Source: Amoebidium appalachense (lineage: Eukaryota > Protista > Ichthyosporea). From it: a stretch of DNA of 64,000 bases. This document shows, one piece after another, positions 27,505-40,486 of this stretch; the first letter of the stretch is position 1; the number at the start of each line of letters is the position of its first letter. Location: contig CAVNZM010000004.1 in assembly GCA_963693365.1 (NCBI GenBank), positions 7,539,093 through 7,603,092 of the forward strand, read 5' to 3'. A program made the position numbers and the translations under genes. The notes beneath the pieces are model-generated. The model saw nothing but the letters and a program-made list of their open reading frames with translations. It ran no database searches and was not told where the DNA came from.

Positions 27505-27978
27505 CGCGCGCGCGCGCGCGCGCGTGTGTACGTTTGTGTGTGTGTTGTGTGCATCCGACTCGAAACGAAAAACCAACACCGGCACACGTCAAATATATAC
27601 ATCCCGCATAATAGCAGCCTGTACTTGTACCTACGTATCATATCCCCCTCATCCCCTTTTCCCCTCCCCAACCCCAACCCTTAATAGAGAAACAACCAGA
27701 AAGAAAGAAAGAAAGAAATAATCATCAGGAAAGAATGAATGGGCGAAAAAGAAAAAAAAGCGGAAGAGAGAGAAAAAAAAAGAAAGAACTTGGGGGGGGA
27801 AGGGAGGGGGGAAGGGGAGGGGGGGGAAGAAACTACAAAAAACACCTTGCACACAACCCCAGATGTCCCCTCCCCCCTCCCCCCTCCCCTCCCTGGACAC
27901 CCCTCCTCTGTGGAGGGCAAAAAAAAACGCCTCAGTGGAGGCTCATCTCTATTGAAGAGGGACACCGAACTCCCGGGG

Positions 27979-28010
<32 letters not shown>

Positions 28011-28294
28011 CACACACAAACAGACACACGCACAAACACACACACACACACATACACATTCTTGAAAACCCAAGCACCGTGACATATACCCCACACACAA
28101 ACACACACGCACACACATACCAACCCTCCTTTCCAACCCCTCCCCCCCCCCCTCCCCCCCCCCCCCCCCCCCTCTCTCTCTCTCTCTCTGTCACAAATGC
28201 ACTCGCACACACATATACACTGTGACACGCACACACACACACCGTGTTATCTCTCTCAATCTCTCTCTCTCCCTCTCTCTCTCTCCCTCTCTCC

Positions 28295-28371
<77 letters not shown>

Positions 28372-28911
28372 CCCCGGCCCCTCCCCCCCCCCCCCCCCCC
28401 CCCTCTCTCTCTCTCTCTCCCTCTCTCTCTCTCTGTGTCTCTCTGTCTGTTTTTCTCTCTCCCTTCCCCCTCCCCCTTTCTCACTTCCGTTCTCTCTCTC
28501 TCTCTCCCCCCCCCCCTCTCTCTCCCCTCTATCTTTCTCTCTTTCTCTCTTTCTGTGTGTTAACGTACGCGTTTCACTCAATGATTTCTGTGACTCAATT
28601 CATATTAGGTCACCTTTATTGAGGTTTCTTTTGTTGTGGCAGCCGAGATATCAACTTATCGTTTCCACTCCTGCGTTTAGTGTTTATTTGTATTTTTATA
28701 CCTTTGGAACGACGTCCGTAATCCAGTGAGCCTACTTCTCATTTGAGTGACTCGAATTTTTATATTTTTATAATGACTTTATTGATATGCTCAGCAAATA
28801 GAAGCCATCGAGATATCACCGATATCTCGGAGAAGAAAATACAAAAGCCCTCACTCTCTGAATCAATGACGGAGGAGATAACGATTTAAATAATCATACA
28901 CCCTAGAAAAC

Positions 28912-31900
28912 GTTTTTTTTCTCTCTTTTGACTGGATTTATTCGACGGAAAGATATGCAAGTATGCACGGCATACTGAGAAGGCAATAAAAACTTCACGA
29001 GTTATCCAGTAACCGTGAAGTGCGTACTGAGACCTGAACACTGTGTGAAAATCATAAAATACTCAATGTGACGACCAACAGAATATAACAAAAAGTCTAA
29101 AGTGGTCACATTGCCAGCCAGTGTAGCAGACACCCGTAGGGAAAGAGGTAAAACGCGACATAAAAACTCACACCTATGAACATGCTTGCGATTAAAAAGT
29201 TCAGCACAAAAGTGGCACCAGCGGCGATGAAACAAAAATTACAACGCCACTGCACTGTTGGAGTGCAGACTTACGCTCACTCCACAATATGTGTATGTTA
29301 GCTTTACAATTGGTTCCGTGTACACAGACACACGCTGACACTCGATCACCACATGCACATCTGCATAGTTGAGGAATGTTGCCAATTGTGTTTTGACTGC
29401 AAACGATTGGTTCACTGGTCCCAGAGATCTCTAAATGAAAGTAACCAATCCGATTAGCGCCTGGCATCCGGATTACATTCCAGACTGCTGCCCCACGGGT
29501 ATATAAACCACGGCTCTGCCAGGTGCAGAAATGGAGTTAAGTCATGGAGTTCAGTCATGGAGTTCAGTCATGGAGTTCAGTCATGGAGTTAACACACTGA
29601 AAGCAGTAAAAAACGGGTCAGCGCCCAAGCGCGCCACGACGACCCTAGTCACAGCGGACTCTACTTCCAACAGGGTTATGGGCCCAGACACGACACCGCG
29701 GCCTCTAACTTCACGTCCCCTACGACGCCTTGAACGGAGGAGCCCAGAAACCGACTTCTAGGCTGTACCCTACACCCGCGAGCGTATTTCCGTGAAGTAG
29801 AGACTTTCGCTTCCACAAACTCCATCCGCAGCAGCCTGCGACATCAACGTCAAGTATTCCACTTCATTGGCGGGGCACGCACCACAGTGGAATGCACACC
29901 CCGGTCTACCCTGCAAGCAGCCACACTCACTCTCTCTTCTCTAGTGGTGTGTACACTTCTCCAATTGGGTAGGGGTGTTGGAGTGCAGACTTACGCTCAC
30001 TCCACTATATGTGTATGTTAGCTTTACAATTGGTTCCGTGTACACAGACACACGCTGACACTCGATCACCACATGCACATCTGCATAGTTGAGGAATGTT
30101 GCCAATTGTGTTTTGACTGCAAACGATTGGTTCACTGGTCCCAGAGATCTCTAAATGAAAGTAACCAATCCGATTAGCGCCTGGCATCCGGATTACATTC
30201 CAGACTGCTGCCCCACGGGTATATAAGCCACGGCTCTGCCAGGTGCAGACATGGAGTTAAGTCATGGAGTTCAGTCATGGAGTTCAGTGATGGAGTAAAG
30301 ACATGGAGTTCAGTCATGGAGTTAACACACTGAAAGCAGTAAAAAACGGGTCAGCGCCCAAGCGCGCCACGACGACCCTAGTCACAGCGGACTCTACTTC
30401 CAACAGGGTTATGGGCCCAGACACGACACCGCGGCCTCTAACTTCATTAGAGACTTTCGCTTCCACAAACTCCATCCGCAGCAGCCTGCGACATCAACGT
30501 CAAGTATTCCACTTCATTGGCGGGGCACGCACCACAGTGGAATGCACACCCCGGTCTACCCTGCAAGCAGCCACACTCACTCTCTCTTCTCTAGTGGTGT
30601 GTACACTTCTCCAATTGGGTAGGGGTGTTGGAGTGCAGACTTACGCTCACTCCACAATATGTGTATGTTAGCTTTACAATTGGTTCCGTGTACACAGACA
30701 CACGCTGACACTCGATCACCACATGCACATCTGCATAGTTGAGGAATGTTGCCAATTGTGTTTTGACTGCAAACGATTGGTTCACTGGTCCCAGAGATCT
30801 CTAAATGAAAGTAACCAATCCGATTAGCGCCTGGCATCCGGATTACATTCCAGACTGCTGCCCCACGGGTATATAAACCACGGCTCTGCCAGGTGCAGAA
30901 ATGGAGTTAAGTCATGGAGTTCAGTCATGGAGTTCAGTCATGGAGTTCAGTCATGGAGTTAACACACTGAAAGCAGTAAAAAACGGGTCAGCGCCCAAGC
31001 GCGCCACGACGACCCTAGTCACAGCGGACTCTACTTCCAACATGCACAACTTCCCAGGCAATATCAACATCAGAGCACCATACTACAGACTTATCTACTA
31101 GGGTGGTATCCATACGTACAGCAGGAGAAATAAATCCTGCCAAAGCTCCCAAAAAGCGATAATGATCAGTACGGTGTTGCCTAAGGAACATAACACATGC
31201 CGAGTGAGTTTTACCTTTGATTTCTTTATCAGAACGAGAAAGAAACTTATACTGCGTAACTATGGTAATAACGCGAAAAGGCAGAAAAAACAGGAAGAGT
31301 TAAGAAAGAGGGAGTGAGAATCTGATAGCGAGAGGAAGAATCAGGTTGAAAGAGGGTAGGCTGAGGACATTCAGAAGTAGCGTTGGTGAATCGGGGGGGA
31401 AGAGGGATGGAGGGAGGGGGGGGAAAGAAAGCATAAAGAGGGTGACCATCAGCTGGTATCCTAACTAAATGAAAACAAAAACGAAGAGACAATTCCTCCA
31501 TACGAAAAACACCAGACGACAATCCAAACATACTGATTACTGGGAGGCACAAACCGAGTACGAAACAAAGTGCGCAGTGCAGTACCCTGAAAATCGTCGA
31601 ACTCTTTCAGCGCCACGGCCACCTCACGAGGTGGGGCGCAGGCCAATAGCGGAAGTCCATATTCGAAAGTCGGCCGTAACAAAAGTTTTATAGTAGAGAA
31701 GAAGGTTCGCAGGATGGATCACAGACTCCCGTTGAAACATATTTGACGCATCGGATGTGAAGCTTACCCTTCGCACGAGCGATCCGTGCCGTGAGGAGCT
31801 TGCGGAAATCAATACCCCGTGCAGTAAAAGGAACACCCAAATAGTCATAGAGGTGCTCTGAACAGGAATAGGAAGACCGGCCAATCGAAAGGAAGCGTTG

Positions 31901-32458
31901 TTCGAAAAAGTAGCACACTTTGCAATTCCGACTGTCATGAGATTCTCGGTGCACCATTGATCCACCTGACGAAGCATCTGGTGCATGACATCTTCGGTCA
32001 AGGAACAAAGAACAACATCGTCCGCAAAAAGGAGACCCGGTACACGGCGGGTATGCAGTTGGCCAAAGGGTTCGAGGGCGCACTGCCAGGCTAAATCGTC
32101 ATTGAAAACGTCAAACAACAACGGACTCAGGAGGGACCCCCGCTGCAGAAGACCCCGAGAACGGGAAAAACCGGGTGTTAATGTTCCATTGACCGCCGCT
32201 CGTCCGCGAGTGGTACTATCGAACAGCGCTTGCAGAAGACGGCCAAAGGGGGCTGGTAAGCCCCGCATAGCCAGCTTATGCCATAACAAACCAGTGGGTA
32301 CGGTGTCGTAGGCGTTCTCAAGATTGATGAAGACAACGTGCGGAGAGCCAGAAGTAACGGATTCATGGAGTAACAGGCTGTGAGTATAACACGGATAGGC
32401 ATGACGAAAGCCCCCTTGAAGGGAAGAAAGACGGAACACGGCGTTTAAAGAATCGACG
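28912..32458 (-). pseudogene. Degenerate 5'-truncated non-LTR retrotransposon (RT plus C-terminal Cys/His domain), interrupted by a TRIM
   Basis: Frameshifted RT motifs at 31461-32439 (QGGFR, FINLENAYDTV, RGLLQ.GSLLSPLLF, LLFADD, YDYLGVPF, RPTFEYGLPLL), colinear with the 855-aa ORF. C-terminal C-x2-C..FNRKH..C..LDFLL at 29002-29255. A-rich tail at 28912-28929. Possible TSD CCTAG(A/T)AAAC at 28902-28911 and 32459-32468. Confidence 0.85.
29256..31042 (+). mobile_element. Tandem-array TRIM (LTR-I-LTR-I-LTR), non-autonomous, copia-type primer site
   Basis: LTRs 29256-29672, 29976-30405 and 30626-31042, each TGTTGGA...TCCAACA with a TATATAA box. Internal segments 29673-29975 and 30406-30625 begin GGGTTATGGGCCCAG (PBS) and end GGGTAGGGG (PPT). 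5-bp TSD TGCAC at 29251-29255 and 31043-31047. Empty site at 53324-53328. Confidence 0.93.
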
Positions 32459-32601
32459 CCTAGTAAACTCGGTAAACATACCGTGGCTCAACAGGTAGTA
32501 AATAGATACGTCACGATCAGGATTATCTAAATAAGCCAGGCTTCTAATTTCTAACGGAATAATCTGAGATAAAGAAATACATCTATCTAAGTGTTTACGA
32601 G

Positions 32602-35600
32602 GCCGGCAAGACCAAGGCTATGTCCATACTAGCCGACCCCAGACCCCAGACTGCTCCCAGCCGAACGAAACCCCCTGTAAACAACTGTACACATGAGCTG
32701 TACATGCTTACTAAAGAATGTGATCTACTAGCATACGATTCGTTCTTTGTCATGAATATCACATAAATATTATGTCCGCACCAATAGGACTCACTCCGAC
32801 CTAACCATGTATGATTCTATTGCTGCATACCACATAAACGAAGTGGACCAATAAGAGGTTTGCATATATAGGACGAAGGTCTGACTGGCTCGGACCGCAC
32901 CAGAATCACGAATGGCATGTTGCCACCCGCGCTGGCTGCGGATGAACCAATCCTGGGCCTTGATCCGAAACCTGGGGGCTATATATTGGCAAGGCCGTCC
33001 CAGTAAGGGGATCACATCAGTGAAGTCTGAGACAGACTGACGGTCCATAGTAAAAGCAACCTGGCCGCGTGTGCCTTTCTACCCGTTCTCTGTCTTTATT
33101 TTGATTCAGTTGTACTCTGCCTTATCCTAACTAGTCCAACTGTTTACATTGGCGACCGCGCAGTTCAAGAATTTCGCATCCTTCGAATCTCACATCTTTC
33201 AATCAGTTCAAGAATCTCACATCTTTCAATCAGCTCAAGAATCTCCCATGGCCGATCACAAATCCTTTTTACCACGATGATAGGCACATCTTTCCTTGTC
33301 CGGCTTAGAATATATACACCGACAAGTTTGAAGTGGCCAGCCCACCTACACGGAAAGAATTGAAAGCATGTAAAACTTCTTTTGCTACGACACAAAAAAA
33401 AATGTGAAGAAAAACGAATACACAACGAAACAACGAATACACGAACAAACGAATAAAGAATTGCTAACGAAGCAATGAACCAACGAAAAACGAACCATCA
33501 CGAATACACAACGAAATAACGAATCAACGACAAACGAATGCATAGAGGAAATACGAAATGAATGCAACACGAAAACAAAACGAAGTAACAAAGTTATCAA
33601 ACGACGAAAAACGAAAAACGAAAGCAAAATGAAATGGAAACGCGAAAATGAAAAGAACGAATGCACAACACTGCTTAGGTTGCAATGCACACGGCCCCCT
33701 CTATGTTACGAAGAAAAGAAAACCGTTGCCCTTGCGTGCATTGCGCTATTGCCCACTGTCATCGTGTCCATGCCACCGCGTGCACGTCCACACTCGCAAC
33801 CCAGATGCACAACCACTTTCAGCACGAATGCATTTAAAGAAGAAGATAGTCGCTGTTCCTATAGCATGTAGGACATAAGGTGCTGTGAAAGTAGTTTTGC
33901 ATGCATGCTTCGAATTTCTTGCTGTTGTCGAATACAGCATACCCCATAGTTTAGCGCACAGGATGCACAACATGCGCATGAATGTATGCTGGCATGCCTA
34001 AACACATTACGAACATATGCCTCATGTATGGCCCTTCCTGGTGCCATGCCCCAACGAATTTGCACTCTTGGTCCACAGAACTTCATGTAATAAAGTCGAT
34101 GCAGAACTTTTGTTCATGCATGTGAAAAACAAACGAAGGTGTTGGGTACGGATTTTAAGGTGATTGCCCGTCTGTGGGTAACATACGAATTACACTGTCA
34201 AGCCTTGCACTAGCTGCTGGCACACCCCCACCTGTCCAGAACAAAAGAATGTGGTATGGGCACCGTTCCCTCACAACCCCAGCATACAGTGTCAGTATTT
34301 TGGCTGGAAGCCTTTCAGTTTCGAATAACGAATACCCTCCTTCACTACTGAAGAAAGTGACGTGGAAGACGAATATGAATACGAATGCAAGGTGTTGTTG
34401 ACTAACACATCGGACCATCATGTGTACCTAGGCCCTGGTACGGAGGTGACCATGTTATTCCCTTGCAATATGATGACACTGTAGCAATTTAGCACGTGCA
34501 TACCCCACCAATGGGCACAGGCGGGAGACAACCCTGCAAGCTGCCTTATTGGGCACCTCTGCTAAAACGAATATTCTTCTCACGAAGGAACAGAAGAATG
34601 TCACGAACACGAACCACACACTCCCCAGGCAGCTACTTACGTCTGATGTATGAAAGTAGTAGGTGTGTGAATGGGGTAAACTTCATGAACACCAACACGA
34701 AAGAAAGCACAGCACAAAGCAGTTCCACGAACACGAATGGTTTTGGTTTTCCACACATTAACGAACAGAACCAACAGTAGGGCCACCTACAAAAGAAGCA
34801 GAGGATGGGGCACCATCCAGACCTGCACTGGAGGATATGAAGATACGAAGCGCGCTCACGAAGTTGCTTACAAACGAAAGGGCGACTGTGACGACTTTTC
34901 TTTTTAGGCCAAGCCTCCAGAATAATGTATTATGCCTGGAATCCCCCTGCTCAACGAAAATCGCTGGCTCATGGGATACGAAAACTGCTCACGAATAGAA
35001 GCATGTGTTTCTGATCACGAATAAGGCTTGCTTTGCCTACCCTCGTCTTATGAATTATGAACCGGGTTTTTACTGGTTCTAACGGGCTGATATATTTCTT
35101 TATGTCACCCAACGAAGAACACTTAGGGCATTTTTATTCATGTTTTTCCCAGCTCCGATGATGCAGGGTTAAAGCAGAAAGGAAAGAAGTGCTCTTTGTT
35201 CATGGAAGAAGCGGCCTTTCCGGCCATGGTGACTCGCCTTACAGTCTTAAGGTAGAACCGGGATAAGGAGCAGCAGCTAAGCCTTGACGCTATCCACCAC
35301 TACCTGAGCTACGAAGTGACCTAAGGCTTGAGTTATATTCATTATCGAATGTTTGGTATGATCATTCATCCACACAACCAAATTACTCGCAATTGAAAAC
35401 GAATCTGCGGGAGTATCCTAAAAAGGAAAAATTCCCAAAAAGGAAAATACTACTTCTACAGAAAAGCCAAGCACAGAGACGAAGGCTTAGCGAATAATTC
35501 GCACACACACTCTGCAACAATCTTAGCCACGAAAATGAAAACACAGAAGAATGCTGCATGAATTTAAGTTTTGGAAAATGAAGAAGTGCTCATAGACGTG

Positions 35601-36708
35601 CACAACTCTATTCAACCGTCCTTGCTCTGTTCTGCCCAGCAGCTCCGAGTAGGCGCACAAGAATTCTCGCTGAAGGTTGTTTATCGCCTCTCAGCCCTGG
35701 TGGTTTCAACTTGTCTAACGACACCACCAGGCTCCCGACAAGGGGGGAGTGTAAACAACTGTACACATGAGCTGTACATGTTTACTAAAGAATGTGATCT
35801 ACCAGCACACGATTCGTTCTTTGTCATGAATATCACATAAATAATATGTCCGCACCAATAGGACTCACTCCGACCTAAGAATTGAAACATATATGATTCT
35901 ATTGCTGCATACCACATAAACGAAGTGGACCAATAAGAGGTTTGCATATATAGGACGAAAGTCTGACTCACTGGCTCGGACCGCACCAGAATCACGAATG
36001 GCATGTTGCCACCCGCGCTGGCCGCGGATGAACCAATCCTGGGCCTTGATCCGAAACCTGGGGCCTATATAACAAAGCCGTCCCAGTACGGGGATCACAT
36101 CAGTGAAGTCTGAGACAGACTGAGTCGGCCCATAGTAAAAGCAACCTGGCCGCGTGTGCCTTTCTACCCGTTCTCTGTCTTTATTTTGATTCAGTTGTAC
36201 TCTGCCTTATCCTAACTAGTCCAACTGTTTACACCCCCTTGACAAGCTCAACAAGGGGACCATCGGGGCCGTCAATGGCAACATTCGTAGCCTGTCCCTG
36301 GCCATGGGCACCCTGCCTACCATGACACGGCTACAACGAGATCACCCCACCGTCGTTACACAGCCCACATGCCCCCGGTGCAGTCAGCACCCTGAGACCA
36401 CCACCCACCTCTGGGCCTGAATACTGTAGATCGACCAACTTTGAGAGCCCTTGGTTAACGTTTATTGCTAGGTTTTGAATGGAGGGGAGGACTGGCCCAG
36501 CCTCCTGCCGGCGTGGCTGGGGTAGTAGCCCTGGGCAAAGACGTGTACTTATAGTTAGGTTGTGAAGGATGGTTTAGCTTTAAGTTAGCTGAACTCATAG
36601 ATAGCACCTTAACTAGTGTACTGTCGGTGCTGTGTGGTAGACGGTAGTTTCCCTAGAGGGCCTGAAAAGGCCCTCCGGGAACAAAACGTGATAAAATAAA
36701 TAAAATAA
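32602..36708 (+). mobile_element. 5'-truncated LINE (second family) with 13-bp TSD, interrupted by an LTR element
   Basis: TSD AAGTGTTTACGAG at 32589-32601 and 36709-36721. 36301-36420 encodes AMGTLPTMTRLQRDHPTVVTQPTCPRCSQHPETTTHLWA*, resembling the LINE C-terminal zinc knuckle. 3' hairpin and (AAAAT)n tail. Confidence 0.85.
32676..36233 (+). mobile_element. Non-autonomous Ty3/Gypsy-derived LTR element (LARD-like)
   Basis: LTRs 32676-33148 and 35750-36233 (TGTAAACA...TGTTTACA), TSD CCCCC, PBS TGGCGACC after the 5' LTR, PPT AAGGGGGGAG before the 3' LTR. No long ORF, but a decayed RT remnant at about 35000-35350 (RLMN..DIFLY..EEHL.H..AGLKQKGKKCSLFMEEAAF.GH). Confidence 0.9.
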
Positions 36709-36781
36709 AAGTGTTTACGAGAAAAAGGTTCTGCACAAAAGTGACACAAACATTTATGGAAACAAATGTTACAGCGCAAAG

Positions 36782-37128
36782 AAAACTTGCCGGAATAGCC
36801 AAGGCATCCGATCCTTGACTACCCCGGTTGGAGTAGCGGCTTAGAGGGCCATTGCCATAGTTCTGCACCCAGGCGAGTCCCATCCGATCCCCCATGCGCT
36901 ACATCCCGGGATTCGAACCTGCGTCGGAGGCGAGGAGCTTACCCGCTCGGAAAAAACTTTCCGGAATAGCCAAGGCATCCGATGATCACTGAGTCCTTGA
37001 CTACCCCGGTTGGAGTTAGCTTAGAGGGCCATTGCCATAGTTCTGCACCCAGGCGAGTCCCATCAGGGCATCCGATCCCCAATGCGCTACATCCCCAGGA
37101 GGGCCCGATCCTGCGTCGGAGGCGAGGA
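36782..37128. repeat. ~170-bp tandem duplication
   Basis: AAAACTT.CCGGAATAGCCAAGGCATCCGAT...CCTGCGTCGGAGGCGAGGA at 36782-36937 and 36953-37128, with indels. Confidence 0.85.
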
Positions 37129-38668
37129 AAATCGTCTCTCGAGATATCTGGGATATTTCTTTTTCGTGTCCTTCGAACATATGAGCACATGGTGTTTCTA
37201 GATGGCCGTGGAACACATCAATAAAGTCATTATTAAAAAATCCTTTTCACTCCTGCCTTTAGTGTTTATTTGTATTTTTATACCTTTGGGTCGACGTCCT
37301 TATTCCAGTGAGCCTACTTCTCATTTGAGTGACTCAAAAATCGTCTCTCGAGATATCTGGGATATCTCTTTTTCGTGTCCTTCGAACATATGAGCACATC
37401 AATAAAGTCATTAAAAAAAAACTTTACACACTTTGTTGACAGTTTAGGCCTATCCCCAACAGAGTCTGGGCAAAAGAGAGCCTCGAGGCTGCTGGTCCTT
37501 CGCTTGTACGTACAACAAACAGAAACAAAACAGGCAATACCGCATATTAAAAATTCTTGGTTCTATAATGTTTAAGGATTAATCCTTCATACTGTAGTGC
37601 TATGGTCTGCAAAGTATCATACCAAAATCTATATCAGGGGGATTGCGGCTGTGTGCTGTCTACCAATAGGATGTTTGTGTGACCGATTTGGACGTTGTGA
37701 TTAGTCCTCATTCAGCCAATCGTTGGTTGTGTAGTTATGTACGCAGTGCGCTATTGGTTGGAGATGGCCCCAAAAAATGCAATGAATAAATACCTCAACA
37801 ATCCAGGGTCCCTGGCAGCCTGCGAGGCCAGCCTCCAGGTACTAAATATGCCAGAACCCTCTGGAGACGTCGCAGCGCCACTCAAAAATTTTCAATTCTA
37901 CAGAATTAGTAGGGCAGAATTTTATAAACAGATTTTTATGTACTGCCTTGTATGTACATATTTGCAACTTTAGCGTCCACACATTATCCGACCCCGTGCC
38001 AACGCACATTCCTTGAACAATCGACATAGTATTTGATTGGGGTAGAGCTTGGCAGCAGGGGGCAGCAAACAAAAGCAGCTCTCCACCATGAGAAGGTCCA
38101 ATGAACAACATAACCCCACCTTCCAGGCCGCTACGATATCAGTGTTTTTGAAACCCGTAGCCATAAATTAGCAAATATACTAAATAGTTTTGAATAAATC
38201 TAATATTAGTACAAAAACAGAACAATAGCCGCTTTTTAATTGGCTACTGTAGCTTCTATACTGGGCTTAGCCTTTGTGCTTTTCGGGCAAATAAAAAAGC
38301 ATTTACCCTGCTCTGTAACACAATCAATATTCTGGCATCCAATCGGACTTCACGTGACGTTTTGCTTTTCATAGTCTCCTGTTTCCCGTTTTGTCACATC
38401 GTATCGTGTTGTCTGTGTCACCTGTGTTGTCACCGTGAAATCTTAGATTATAACCAGAACAAAGGCATACTATACGTGAACAGTGTAAAACATTGCTTAC
38501 CCTCCCCCCCTTTTTTTTTATACAAGTGAACGGTGTAAAACATTGCATACCCTCCTCCTTTTTATAACACTGTTCACGTAGTTTACACACACTCCCCACG
38601 AATTCCAACTCAGCTGCAGCACAGTCAACAGTGTCAAACCTTTTCTTTTTCTTCAATTAACTTTCAAA

Positions 38669-40358
38669 ATGCGAACGAACGCTTTTCCCTCGTCAGACCT
38701 TCACACTCTTCCTTCAGCCGCGCCTGTTCAGGATCGGCGCTTCGACTATGCATACACCATTGGCTGCTTTGACCTCGCACATGAAGGTCACGCCAAGCTT
38801 TTCAACAACATGCGTAAGATTGGGAAGAAGGTGGTGGTTGGCGTTCACGATGATGCGAGCATTTACAAACTGAAAAACAAGGTGCCTTTTGACAGCACGG
38901 AGGCGCGCGTGCAGAGCATCAAAAAGTATGCCGATGTTGTGTTTGTGGTCGCAGGAACCGACCCGTCGCCGTTTATCGAGGCCGAAATTCTCAGACAGGT
39001 TTGTTTGGCACACCACTGTGTGCTTTTTGTTCAAAGTGAAGCAGAGCATTCGCGAGTGTCCTGTTGAGCACTGGTCTTACTTGCAAGTTGACGTGAGGAA
39101 TTTCCTATTCCTTTTTTTGCTTAAGAAAGAGTCTCTTTTCCAATGCAATTTCTTATAATACGTACCGAGCCCGACTGTTTGCTTGAGTTTCAACTTTTGC
39201 ACGCTACGCGACACCTTCTGTCGGTCTGTTTTCTTGCGTCCCTGTACTTGCCTGTGTGCGCAATAGTGTTTAGGCTGTGTGCCTGCTTTTCGGGCCAGCG
39301 TCTTAGAAAATATATGGGGTCAGGGGCCAGATGAAGGGGGCTGCTTGGAAATTGTGTGTGCGGGTCTTCGTGCATGTAAGAGCTGGTAGGTGTGGCGAAT
39401 AGGGCGCACAGACTGGTGTCTCTTGCCGCAACTGGCGGCTCGTTGTCTTTCACGGGCGTACACTCTACCTTTTATTCACAATAGGTTCACACAGACACAC
39501 ACTCCCCCCCCCCCCCCCCCCCTACCCCTCCCCCTCCTCTGCTTCCACCTCTCCCCCCCCCCCCCCCCCCCCCCCTTGTTCATGTCGCTGGGGGGCCTTC
39601 ACCCTAAAATACACAGGCGCACACACACTAAAGCACGTGTGTAGGCACGAGTGAAGTGTGTGGACCCGCACCCACAAACACCATTGCGCACACACACTAG
39701 CACACAGCACACACACACACGCACACATAGGGGGTCATAACTCAATACCATTTGCGTGTCTGGGCATGTGTGTATAGGTGGTCGTGCAGGTGTCTGTGTT
39801 TGAGTGACTGTGTCTGTGTGTTTGTTTGTGTGTGTGTGTATCATAAAAGCTGTGTGGTCCGGTGCGCTTCGCATGTTCCCCCTTGTGTGATAATTCCCCT
39901 CCTCCCTCCCCCCCCCCCCCCACACACACACACACATACACACACCACCACCACCACCACACACACACACACACACACACAACTGCATGCTGCTGTGCCG
40001 CCTTGTTGTTTCGTGTGCAAGGGCATCTCAGTATCATTCTTTCCCCGCAATTTGACTGTCCTCCCTTCCTCCCCCCCCCCCCCTCCCCGCCTCCCCCCCA
40101 GGCTTGTGACTCACGTCCCCCCCTCCCCCCCCCCAGCCTCTGTCCTTTCTCAAACCACGAGGCTTATAAGCACTATCTTCTTTACCACCACCACGCTGTA
40201 CCCTGCTTCTTCCTCCTCCTCCTCACCACCCATCTTTCCCCGGGGGTGCATTAATGCAACCCCCCCCCCCCCCCCCCTTCCCCTCTTTAAAAACTCGCAC
40301 AGCTCATAGGTCGCATGGGAACACAAGTCAATATGACACACCAAAACACACACACACA

Positions 40359-40416
<58 letters not shown>

Positions 40417-40428
40417 GCACCCACCCAC

Positions 40429-40486
<58 letters not shown>

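Noticed and set aside
29256-31042. Retrozyme (ribozyme-bearing LTRs), and the repeated short ORFs MPGANRIG/MELSHGVQ
   Set aside because: No CTGANGA...GAAA core found in the LTR; the ORFs recur only because the LTR is triplicated.
36890-36935. tRNA gene
   Set aside because: Only an isolated B box; no A box at the right distance and no cloverleaf.
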